Source: an uncultured Methanosarcinales archaeon (lineage in GTDB: Archaea; Nanobdellota; Nanobdellia; Woesearchaeales; GW2011-AR4). From it: a stretch of 64,000 nucleotides of DNA. The notes beneath the pieces were generated by a model. It saw only the letters and a program-made list of their open reading frames with translations, did no database searches and had not been told where the DNA came from. The stretch is taken from positions 779 through 64,778 of the forward strand of contig CAZPFO010000004.1 in NCBI GenBank assembly GCA_964585935.1, in the 5' to 3' direction. Shown here piece after piece: positions 47,401 to 54,392 of this stretch (positions within the stretch are counted from its first letter, which is position 1; each line of letters opens with the position of its first letter). Both the position numbers and the translations under genes were made by a program.

Positions 47401-49618
47401 GAGTATCATTGGCAATCACCCTGAAGCTTACATTTCTTCCTTCAAATTCATTATGCCCTGTAGGGATTGGGAATGAAAAATTCGTCCAGCTTGCGTTATT
47501 GAATGCGAGATATGGAGCCAGACTTGTGTTTAACGTTTGCCATGCTGTTGCTGTTTCATTAAAGAACTGTAAAGCACCTTGTAAAGGTTGGGTTAGGTTA
47601 TCAGTCCAATTTACTGTTGCATATATCATCCCAGTATCTGCATCGCCCTGTGCCCTCGAATTACCTGGGCTTGTATTCAGGATAGTCACATCAGAGGTGG
47701 TAAAATTAAGATAACTTGAATTTGTAAAATTATAATAACTAAATACTGGAGGTATCTGGTCAACAGTTATGGTTATTGAACTACCAGTAACATTAATCGG
47801 ATTAGTATTATTCCCAGTATCCCTGCCCGTAACATTTATCAAATAAGTGCCATTTGAGGCAAAGTTATATGTTGCATTGCACGTTACAGAAGTCGTATTC
47901 TGTGGGCTTGTCGTGTCAGCAGTTATACATGTTAAGTTTGTTGAGCTATGGTTTAAGAAATTAAATTGGGACACTGTAGTTCCACCCAGTGTTATTGTAA
48001 GATTAATCGAATTATTCATAGTCAGGTTAAGCCCTGTAGAATCAAGGTCATAAACTGAAAAGTTAATTATCTGTGTTGATAATACTGAGGAACTATTTGT
48101 AATAGTAACAGAGGGAGTATTAAATGTAACATTTGGCTGTGAGCGGTCATTCCCTCCTAATCCTCCTGAGAATGACCTTACAAATAAATATGTAGAGCCA
48201 CTTGTTAATATTACTGGCTCTTCGCCCCATGCTCCGCTTGTAAGCCAGCATGCGCCATCACCGCCAGCTGAGCGTGCTGGAGGTATTATCTCTGAATAAT
48301 TAAACAACCCTACTACCGTAGAATTACATTGAGAAATTACAGCACAGCCTGGATTTGATGTTGACGTCCCATTGCAATACATTACCTTACCGTAAGTGCC
48401 TTTCATCTGAATTATTCCAAAAGAATATTCTACTTCTGGTGGTATAAAGCTTTTTATATCAACCCAGGTTAAATTTGCATCAAAGCCTGCTCCAATGTCG
48501 TCCTGCACCTGTGTTGAAACTTCACCGCTATAATTAGTCCTGCTTGTATTTGCAAACTGGTTTTCATCTATTTTGCCGCCCACTACATAAACACCGGTAT
48601 CTGCTGTGAATTGAATGTTAAATGTATAATTCCCGGATGTTGGATTCATAAAGGCCCCGTAGGGCATCTCAGTCCCATTACCATAAGTTATATTTAGTCC
48701 TGAAAATGAAAATCCTGACTCTGGATTCTGCATTTCACCAGCTCCAAACATATTCTCCATCACACTCACATTAGTTCCTTTAATTATGAAATCTTTTTTG
48801 TCACTGCATGTTACCCTGTCAAAAGTGTCATTTGCGCAGAAGAAAACACTATGAGGTCCGGGACTGGTATAATTGCTACTGAAGTTTAATAAAGGGGTAA
48901 GGTTAAGGAAGTATCTCCCATCATACCCGACAGTTGTTGCCGCATGTACTGCCATAGACCTATTTATACTCTCATTTTTGTCTGTTACACCACCAGACAT
49001 ATCAGTTGACACCGCATTTAAAATTGCCCACACAGTGTTAGTAGTATTGTCTGAAACATTAACATAAATAACTGCTGTTTCGTAAGAAGTTATATTATGC
49101 ATTGTACTTGCAACCATAGTTCCAAAAGGGGTATCTGGGGTTACTGTAGGAGCCAGAGTATCTATAACTAAGGTCTTATTAATAGAGAAGTTTCCTACAT
49201 TAGTGGTACTAGTAGTAGCATTTGTGCATTGCACTGACCAGCTAAAGTTGCCATCTCTGTCAAATGTATGATTGATCCAGCTGGTTATGGATGATGAATT
49301 GGTGATTTCAGAAGAAGTTCCATTAGAAGTATTTATTACTGTCTGAACCCTTGTCCCTGTTATGTTTGTCCAGATGCTGCAGTTTCCAACCAATGTACCG
49401 GCGGAATCGTCCCAGAGAGCTGTAAAAGTAAAGTTGATTGTCCTGCTGCTATTAATCGCGTAGTCCGTAGGACCTAATTGGCTGATAGTCAAAGCATTGA
49501 CCATCAAAACCAACAAAGAAATAAGCAGTAAACTAAAAATTATAAACCTAGCATCAATTTTACCCTCTTTTTCCATGATTACCCCTCTTTTAGTGTTTAA
49601 TATTGATAAATTTAGCAC
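44426..49618 (-). CDS. giant (1730 aa) sequon-rich cell-surface protein with C-terminal TM anchor
   Basis: Signal/TM at the N-terminus and long beta-rich repeats. I counted about 29 N-x-S/T sequons in the first ~390 aa, with similar density throughout. Ala/Ser/Gly linker, a PGF-pre-PGF-like domain (...ALFRYKDNQWSML...LTPGFSYFAIG), a (E/P)APPEAPP linker, then a TM plus KKKE. Confidence 0.8.
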   Translation of the reverse strand: MLNLSILNTKRGVIMEKEGKIDARFIIFSLLLISLLVLMVNALTISQLGPTDYAINSSRTINFTFTALWDDSAGTLVGNCSIWTNITGTRVQTVINTSNGTSSEITNSSSITSWINHTFDRDGNFSWSVQCTNATTSTTNVGNFSINKTLVIDTLAPTVTPDTPFGTMVASTMHNITSYETAVIYVNVSDNTTNTVWAILNAVSTDMSGGVTDKNESINRSMAVHAATTVGYDGRYFLNLTPLLNFSSNYTSPGPHSVFFCANDTFDRVTCSDKKDFIIKGTNVSVMENMFGAGEMQNPESGFSFSGLNITYGNGTEMPYGAFMNPTSGNYTFNIQFTADTGVYVVGGKIDENQFANTSRTNYSGEVSTQVQDDIGAGFDANLTWVDIKSFIPPEVEYSFGIIQMKGTYGKVMYCNGTSTSNPGCAVISQCNSTVVGLFNYSEIIPPARSAGGDGACWLTSGAWGEEPVILTSGSTYLFVRSFSGGLGGNDRSQPNVTFNTPSVTITNSSSVLSTQIINFSVYDLDSTGLNLTMNNSINLTITLGGTTVSQFNFLNHSSTNLTCITADTTSPQNTTSVTCNATYNFASNGTYLINVTGRDTGNNTNPINVTGSSITITVDQIPPVFSYYNFTNSSYLNFTTSDVTILNTSPGNSRAQGDADTGMIYATVNWTDNLTQPLQGALQFFNETATAWQTLNTSLAPYLAFNNASWTNFSFPIPTGHNEFEGRNVSFRVIANDTLGNANDSMSVKNFTILINDTTKPTLTISSLGGGSDVNGSNTSDTTPTIIWNVTEGNPLNHIAIQVDSASPTGDDVTCNLFKNFSSIGSTALNRNGSITILGSSDNAICSDLTNGTHGIRLTTVDSWGNTELYLHNFTVQTSEGMDILLGMINISNGFVEIATINQSNITPDYYLAFNVTLDGGLSTLKNMTWTSSCNTSINSYTNATAITPFNFTGCKNQEANQTVTLTADDHAGNSISRTFQFAVDDLGPVMVVHSPPSSGLSTTGIIVLNVSAYEDMNRVDSIGYYLDNDLTILNHTIKNGSFLTSGQGLNTSSINRSINLTAGTHIMKVRVNDSLGNVRNSSEITITYDGPFDFLTVNQSLYMYHINYSNISVFNSSGVLISDGTAPNPRSVGQTLELLFALNTTTAVNMSIGINLNGSAANWDAINFSARHNDSTTVTQIENNQTAKVIEVIAFNGSAETAETTEGIGQFISDTNSYYGYIDLNLNATNVSNTTSASEPLGGTTELWYFSNESDLTSKVNISECGSSGYTHTTPTPCWNNTLNTTVRVYVPSFGAVALVNDSRTPAISVNTLGTQTESSFMPNITVSNDAVLCNFSYIGANSNITNTTMTGPITYGLDKICYGPQIDVANGTVENNNMTFRVWDGNGNVNKTEFNFNVSDATVHNLSSVANGTTATTSWTITVTANESVNATVHYSTTSTLASTTNASESDFSKTQSVSLSSLTANTGYWFNVTTCDKAGNCIENGTYYFKTSAAAAAADSSSSSGGSSGGGAATTSNVQDSKSQIWSSVAAGSSLAMAIDKTEVSITGVSIGEVNNDLSNVELKVASLKSNPVSAAAADKVYQYLQITKARITDEDVTGIKIKFRVTKAWLSENGLTQDNIALFRYKDNQWSMLTTAVISSDATYVNLEALTPGFSYFAIGSKGVEAPEEVPEEAPEEAPPEAPPEAPPTELPPVEEGKLPIAWIVFAVIIVVGLIAYFTVVKKKE

Positions 49619-49825
49619 TATTAAATATTTTTTAATGATTATTTTTTTTAATCATATTTAAATGTTTTGTTTTTAAGTGATAAAAACAAAAGCTAAAAAA
49701 ATTTAATTGAATTCCTACCCCCAACAATTAGAAAAAACTAATTTATATTTAAAACTTTGTCATTCTTCTAAAATAAGAACAAGTTTTGAAAATGTTTTTA
49801 TACTCAGATAAAAACTAAATGGATT

Positions 49826-50164
49826 ATGATAAAAAACAGGACGAGAAAAACAATTATGGCAAAAAAATCCAAAGTCTGCAAAGGTATCTTATCAAAAGGT
49901 TTGGGCTTGATGTTCTCGACAAAGCCAAAAAATCTGATTTTTATTTTCAAAAAAGAAAAAATCAATCCATTGCATATGTTTTTTGTTTTCTTTCCAATTG
50001 ATACCTTATTTCTCGATAAAAACAAGATTGTTGTAGAAGTAAAAGAAAACCTCAGGCCCTTTGATCTCTATACTCCAAAGAAAAAATCAAAATATGTTAT
50101 TGAGTTGCCAAAAGATTCTATAAAGAGGTCTAAGACGAGGATAGGAGATAAAATCGCTTTTTAA
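49826..50164 (+). CDS. DUF192-family protein
   Basis: GLGLMFS...HMFFVFFPIDTLFLDKNKIVVEV...KYVIELP matches the DUF192 (COG1430) pattern as I recall it. Confidence 0.6.
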   Translation: MIKNRTRKTIMAKKSKVCKGILSKGLGLMFSTKPKNLIFIFKKEKINPLHMFFVFFPIDTLFLDKNKIVVEVKENLRPFDLYTPKKKSKYVIELPKDSIKRSKTRIGDKIAF

Positions 50165-50510
50165 TTTTTTATCAATAATTTCTTAGTTTAATTTATCAAT
50201 TTTAATCATTGATTATTCAACCATTGTTTATGCTCTACATTCACAATTATTTGCGCTTCCATCATCTAAGTTTTTTTATTTATTTTTTTAAGTTTTTAAA
50301 ATTTAAAATAAAAAACGGCTGAACAAACACGTTCACAACTGAGGAATAACTGTTTGTGCACCTAATGATTAATTTTCATTGAATTTTTTTCTTATTGGTT
50401 AATTTTTTATTGTTGATTTATTTTGATATTGATTACTATTTATTAAATTTTTAATTGATGAAAAATAAACAATAGTTTTAAATAATGATAAAAAATTCTA
50501 GTGATTTGTC

Positions 50511-50654
50511 GGGGACGTAGTTCAACCTGGCTAGAATAGGAGCCTCCAGTAAATGGAGAAATGAGCCTTCGGGCGATGAAAAAATTCCTCTTGAAGTCAG
50601 CTTCGGATGGGAGTTCAAATTAAGAAATATCTTATGAAAGTCTCTCCGTCCCCA
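50511..50654 (+). tRNA. tRNA-Trp: tRNA-Trp (anticodon CCA) with two introns
   Basis: Acceptor GGGGACG (50511-17) pairs with CGTCCCC (50647-53); discriminator A. D arm GTTC/AACCTGGCTA/GAAT. Anticodon stem GGAGC (50539-43) pairs with GCTTC (50600-04). Loop CTCCAG|...|A gives U33 and CCA at 50546-48. Intron 1 is about 50550-50598 (49 nt, position 37/38). T stem GGGAG (50609-13), loop TTCAAAT. Intron 2 is about 50621-50641 (21 nt), then CTCTC (50642-46). TATA-like TTTTAAATAAT lies 25-35 nt upstream and a T-run lies downstream. Confidence 0.75.
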
Positions 50655-50692
50655 TTCTTATTTTCAACAAATCTTTCCTAGATCAGAATTAA

Positions 50693-52846
50693 TTATCTCT
50701 TCTTCCTTCTCAACAACTTAACAACCGGTTTATAAAACTTCATAACAAGAATTACCAGAATCAAAACTACTATGCCTACAACCATATAATTCCAATACAA
50801 AATAAAAAAATCCCTTATATATTTATAGAGGTAATAAACAGCTGTGCCTATTACACCCAAAACAATAATAATCAAGAGAACTTTAAAAACAGACTTGATA
50901 ACTTTTGAAAATTTTATTTTCTTTTTTCCGTTTTTCTTTTCTGCATTCTTCTTTTCTTTTCTTTCTTTTTCTTTACCTCCTTTCTCTAAAGAGCGGAAAA
51001 AATATACAATCAAAGCCAAAAAAACAAGGGCGATAAAGATATAGTAGCTGTAAGCCCATGCACCTTTTAAACTTCCCATTACAAAAGGGAGTATGTTTTT
51101 AAAAATACCATAATCTATTAGTTTGAAATAAACACTTAAAAAGACCAAAGCTCCAATTATTATTAAAATAACAACCCATATCCACTTTTTTCCAAAATAT
51201 TTTTTCTTTTTTGCTGATTTTTCTGTTTTTTTCTCTTCCTTTATCTTTTTCTCTTTCAGCTCTTTTTTCTCTTCTTCCTGTTTTTTTCTTTCTTCTTCTG
51301 ACTTCTCTTTTTCTTCTTCCTTCTTTTTTCTCTCTTCTTCACGCTGATTTTGTTTTTCTCTTTTCAGTTTGCGCCTTTCGCGGCTCTTTTTCATCTTGCT
51401 AACTTGTTTTTTAATTGGTCGTATAAGTATAATCACCAAAAATATCAGGGCGATGGCCAGATAAATATAGAACTGGAAATAATTAATGAACCATTTGATA
51501 TTTCTGATTATTTTGTTTTCTTCAGCTAATTTAATATCAATTGTTTCTGAATAATCCGCATCACCAGACTCTAATTTTAAAACTAGCTCATAACTATCTG
51601 CCTCTGCGCCTTTAGGATTGATATGGAGATTTAGGTTTCCTTTCTGTCCAGGAGCAAGTTCAAGTAAATCCGGGCTTATGTCTGCCCATTCAGGACCATC
51701 CAGGCTGATATAATAAACTGCTTTTTTCAGTCCTTTATTGACGACATCAACATTATAATACTCCTCAGTATATTGATTTGTTATTTTCTTATTTGTATCA
51801 ATTTCTACCCTGTAACAATCTTCTTTTGTAACAGCCTCTATCTTTATTGTATCGCTTGCTTCAACATCCTCGCCTAAAACCTCCCCTTTAAGCTCCACAT
51901 CAAAACTGCCTGAAATATCTCCTGGCTCTAAAATTAATTTTGAAACAACCTCTTCATATCCAGCTAAGATTAAAGTCTCATTTAGTATAGCCCAGTCAAA
52001 ATTTGTGCTCAGATTGATTTTCTCAGGAAACTTGCCATCGTTCTCTATTGCCACGTCATATTCTCCCTCGCCACAAACAACATCTTCTTCTTTTTTTATT
52101 TCGATATTAAGCCCATAGCATTCATCAACAATAACCTCGATCTCCTTGCTTTCTTTTACATTGCCTAATTTTGTCACAGCATTAAATTCTAGATTATACT
52201 CCCCTTCTGAGCCTTCTCCAGGCTTCAAATTAATCATAACAATGCCTTTTTTATCTCCCTCTAAGCTTACCCTGCCAGCGCTTAATTCTGCCCAGTCAAT
52301 ACCCCTTAAACTCAAAATATAACTATTGCTATAGCTCTCTTTGTTTGTAATTAACAAAGGTAATGTTGTTTCCTCATTCCCGCAAACATTATATGCTCCT
52401 GTATGCCCTGAAAACAAGGCACTTGTCTGATTCTCCTCAATCTTGATAAGATTCCCTTCCTCAACTTCAAATTTATAGCATTCAGTAAAACTAAGATTTT
52501 GTTTTATTGTTTTCAGCTCACCAGATTTTATATTGACAAACAATTCATAACTATCTTCTAGGTTACAGTCAGAATTAACATAAACAAAAAAATAGCTTGT
52601 AGCACCTGGATTTATGCTGAATTCAGAAGGAACCGCCTTAGCCCACTTGGCAGCACTCCCGGCAAAACTAATGCTATATGCAGTTGTTGATGCCTCTTTA
52701 TTCTGGATATAGACAGGATAGCCCTGGTTAGAGCAGGGGCATAATTCTACATTAGCCTTTGTGGTAATAGTAAAATCTCCCTGTGCTACAACATTCAAAG
52801 CTAGTAAAAGAAAAAATATGAAATAAACCAGGCCTTTTTTGTTCAT
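50693..52846 (-). CDS. secreted multi-repeat beta-domain protein fused to a polytopic membrane region with K/E-rich loops
   Basis: Signal peptide. Four to five repeats carrying the W(A)...P..(L)..PG motif (AKWAKAVPSEFSINPG, IDWAELSAGRVSLEG, FDWAILNE, PEWADISPDLLELAPG), resembling NEW3/CARDB-type surface domains. Then about 6 TM helices separated by K/E-rich stretches. Confidence 0.6.
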   Translation of the reverse strand: MNKKGLVYFIFFLLLALNVVAQGDFTITTKANVELCPCSNQGYPVYIQNKEASTTAYSISFAGSAAKWAKAVPSEFSINPGATSYFFVYVNSDCNLEDSYELFVNIKSGELKTIKQNLSFTECYKFEVEEGNLIKIEENQTSALFSGHTGAYNVCGNEETTLPLLITNKESYSNSYILSLRGIDWAELSAGRVSLEGDKKGIVMINLKPGEGSEGEYNLEFNAVTKLGNVKESKEIEVIVDECYGLNIEIKKEEDVVCGEGEYDVAIENDGKFPEKINLSTNFDWAILNETLILAGYEEVVSKLILEPGDISGSFDVELKGEVLGEDVEASDTIKIEAVTKEDCYRVEIDTNKKITNQYTEEYYNVDVVNKGLKKAVYYISLDGPEWADISPDLLELAPGQKGNLNLHINPKGAEADSYELVLKLESGDADYSETIDIKLAEENKIIRNIKWFINYFQFYIYLAIALIFLVIILIRPIKKQVSKMKKSRERRKLKREKQNQREEERKKKEEEKEKSEEERKKQEEEKKELKEKKIKEEKKTEKSAKKKKYFGKKWIWVVILIIIGALVFLSVYFKLIDYGIFKNILPFVMGSLKGAWAYSYYIFIALVFLALIVYFFRSLEKGGKEKERKEKKNAEKKNGKKKIKFSKVIKSVFKVLLIIIVLGVIGTAVYYLYKYIRDFFILYWNYMVVGIVVLILVILVMKFYKPVVKLLRRKKR

Positions 52847-52919
52847 TTTGGCATACTCCCCCTAAAGGAGATATACTCTTGAAAGATTAAATAAAAAAGA
52901 AATAGAAAAAAAGAAAACC

Positions 52920-54233
52920 TTAGTAGTAGGTTTCTCCTTCTTCTTTGGTCTCTTCGTCTCCGCCTTTCAGCTTGTTAAATCCTATGATTAATCCTAAGAT
53001 TACTAACAGGATAACAAGGACAACTAAACCTACTTCCAAACCTCTCTTAACTTTGCTCCATGCGCTTGTTTTTCCTTCACTAACATCCACTTTCATTGGA
53101 ATTTCTTTTAGTGTCTTTTCTCCGCTCTTTATTGTCACTGAAAAGGTTTGTTCGCCAACAGATGCACTTGCTCCAGCTGCAACATAAACATTTGCAGCCT
53201 TGCTTTCACCTGCTCCTATGACTAAGACATTTGAAGGGCTTATTCTGAATGTTGCCCAATCAGCGCCGTCTGCACTTACTACATAAGTTTTTGAGGTTGT
53301 ACCCTCATTTGTGATTGTTATTGGATAAACAGCTTCTGCTCCACCCTGAGTTGTTGATTGTGCACTAGCTACAAGAGTTATAAGTGTTTTCTCCTTATCA
53401 ACAGCTGATGGTGCTGCTTCCTCTGTGCCTTTAACCCTTATAATCATCTCTTCCACTTCTTTTTCATCACCATCGTCATAAGTTACTTCAACCCTTAATG
53501 TATACTCGCCGGTTTTTGCATCGCTTGGTATCCTTAAATAAAGCTCTTCTGTAGTTGTCTGGTCATCTATATCATCATCATAGTTAGGATTGTTCCTATC
53601 TACAGAATCCTCTTCCCTATCAAGCTCATCAACATAATCAGTTGCTGAAACGCCTAACTCTGGAATGCTTACTTTAACTTTTATTCCATCTTCATTTCTT
53701 TCTCCGTAATTCTTTAACCTTACAGCAGCAAGCAAAGCTCTTCCTGCCTTGACTTCATTTTCTGGGGATAAAATAACATCTTTGATTGCAAGCTGGTGTC
53801 TTTTGGTATCAACTTCAAGCTCGTAAGTTTTTGTTGTTGTTTCTCCATCTCTGTCCGAGATTGTAATTCTTAATTTGTATGAATCCTGGTCCATCCTTAT
53901 TCTCAATGGGATTGTTAATTTTTTAGTATAAGTTGTATCTTTTTTCATGTCAAAGACATCTGTTATGTCTTCCATCAAATCATTATGGTCATAACCTCTT
54001 ATGTTAGCCTCAATCTGCACATCATCAAGATCTACATTTGCAGTTAGCCTAACCTTGACTTCAAGGTCTTCGCCTTTTTCAAAATCATAAACTTCGTTAG
54101 AACTCGTCTCACTTACAATATCACCATTAACTTTAACCTCAATATTATCTTTAATGTCTAACGCGCTTGCCATTCCGCAAACAGCTATTAAACTAACTAA
54201 AAAAATTGTCAACAAACTTAGTCTATTTTTCAT
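52920..54233 (-). CDS. S-layer-like/cell-surface protein with C-terminal TM anchor
   Basis: Signal peptide, acidic beta-rich domains, ADWATFRISPSNVLVIGAGES repeat motif, and a C-terminal TM followed by an acidic tail. Confidence 0.6.
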   Translation of the reverse strand: MKNRLSLLTIFLVSLIAVCGMASALDIKDNIEVKVNGDIVSETSSNEVYDFEKGEDLEVKVRLTANVDLDDVQIEANIRGYDHNDLMEDITDVFDMKKDTTYTKKLTIPLRIRMDQDSYKLRITISDRDGETTTKTYELEVDTKRHQLAIKDVILSPENEVKAGRALLAAVRLKNYGERNEDGIKVKVSIPELGVSATDYVDELDREEDSVDRNNPNYDDDIDDQTTTEELYLRIPSDAKTGEYTLRVEVTYDDGDEKEVEEMIIRVKGTEEAAPSAVDKEKTLITLVASAQSTTQGGAEAVYPITITNEGTTSKTYVVSADGADWATFRISPSNVLVIGAGESKAANVYVAAGASASVGEQTFSVTIKSGEKTLKEIPMKVDVSEGKTSAWSKVKRGLEVGLVVLVILLVILGLIIGFNKLKGGDEETKEEGETYY

Positions 54234-54392
54234 TTTAATTTTACCCCCATCGTTTTTTATTAAAACTATTATATGATTATGTTGTGTTTAGTTAACTGAT
54301 ATATAAACTTTTCGTTTTTGTTAGCATACTTGAGTGATTACAAATAATGACTATTTTATAGTAAACATTATTTTTAGACAGATGCCTCGTCG

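Noticed and set aside
51190-51420. Purine/pyrimidine-rich repetitive DNA as a tandem repeat or spacer array
   Set aside because: It is the coding sequence of a K/E-rich cytoplasmic loop (…EERKKKEEEKEKSEEERKKQEEEKKELKEKK…) of the 717-aa protein. It has no fixed repeat unit.
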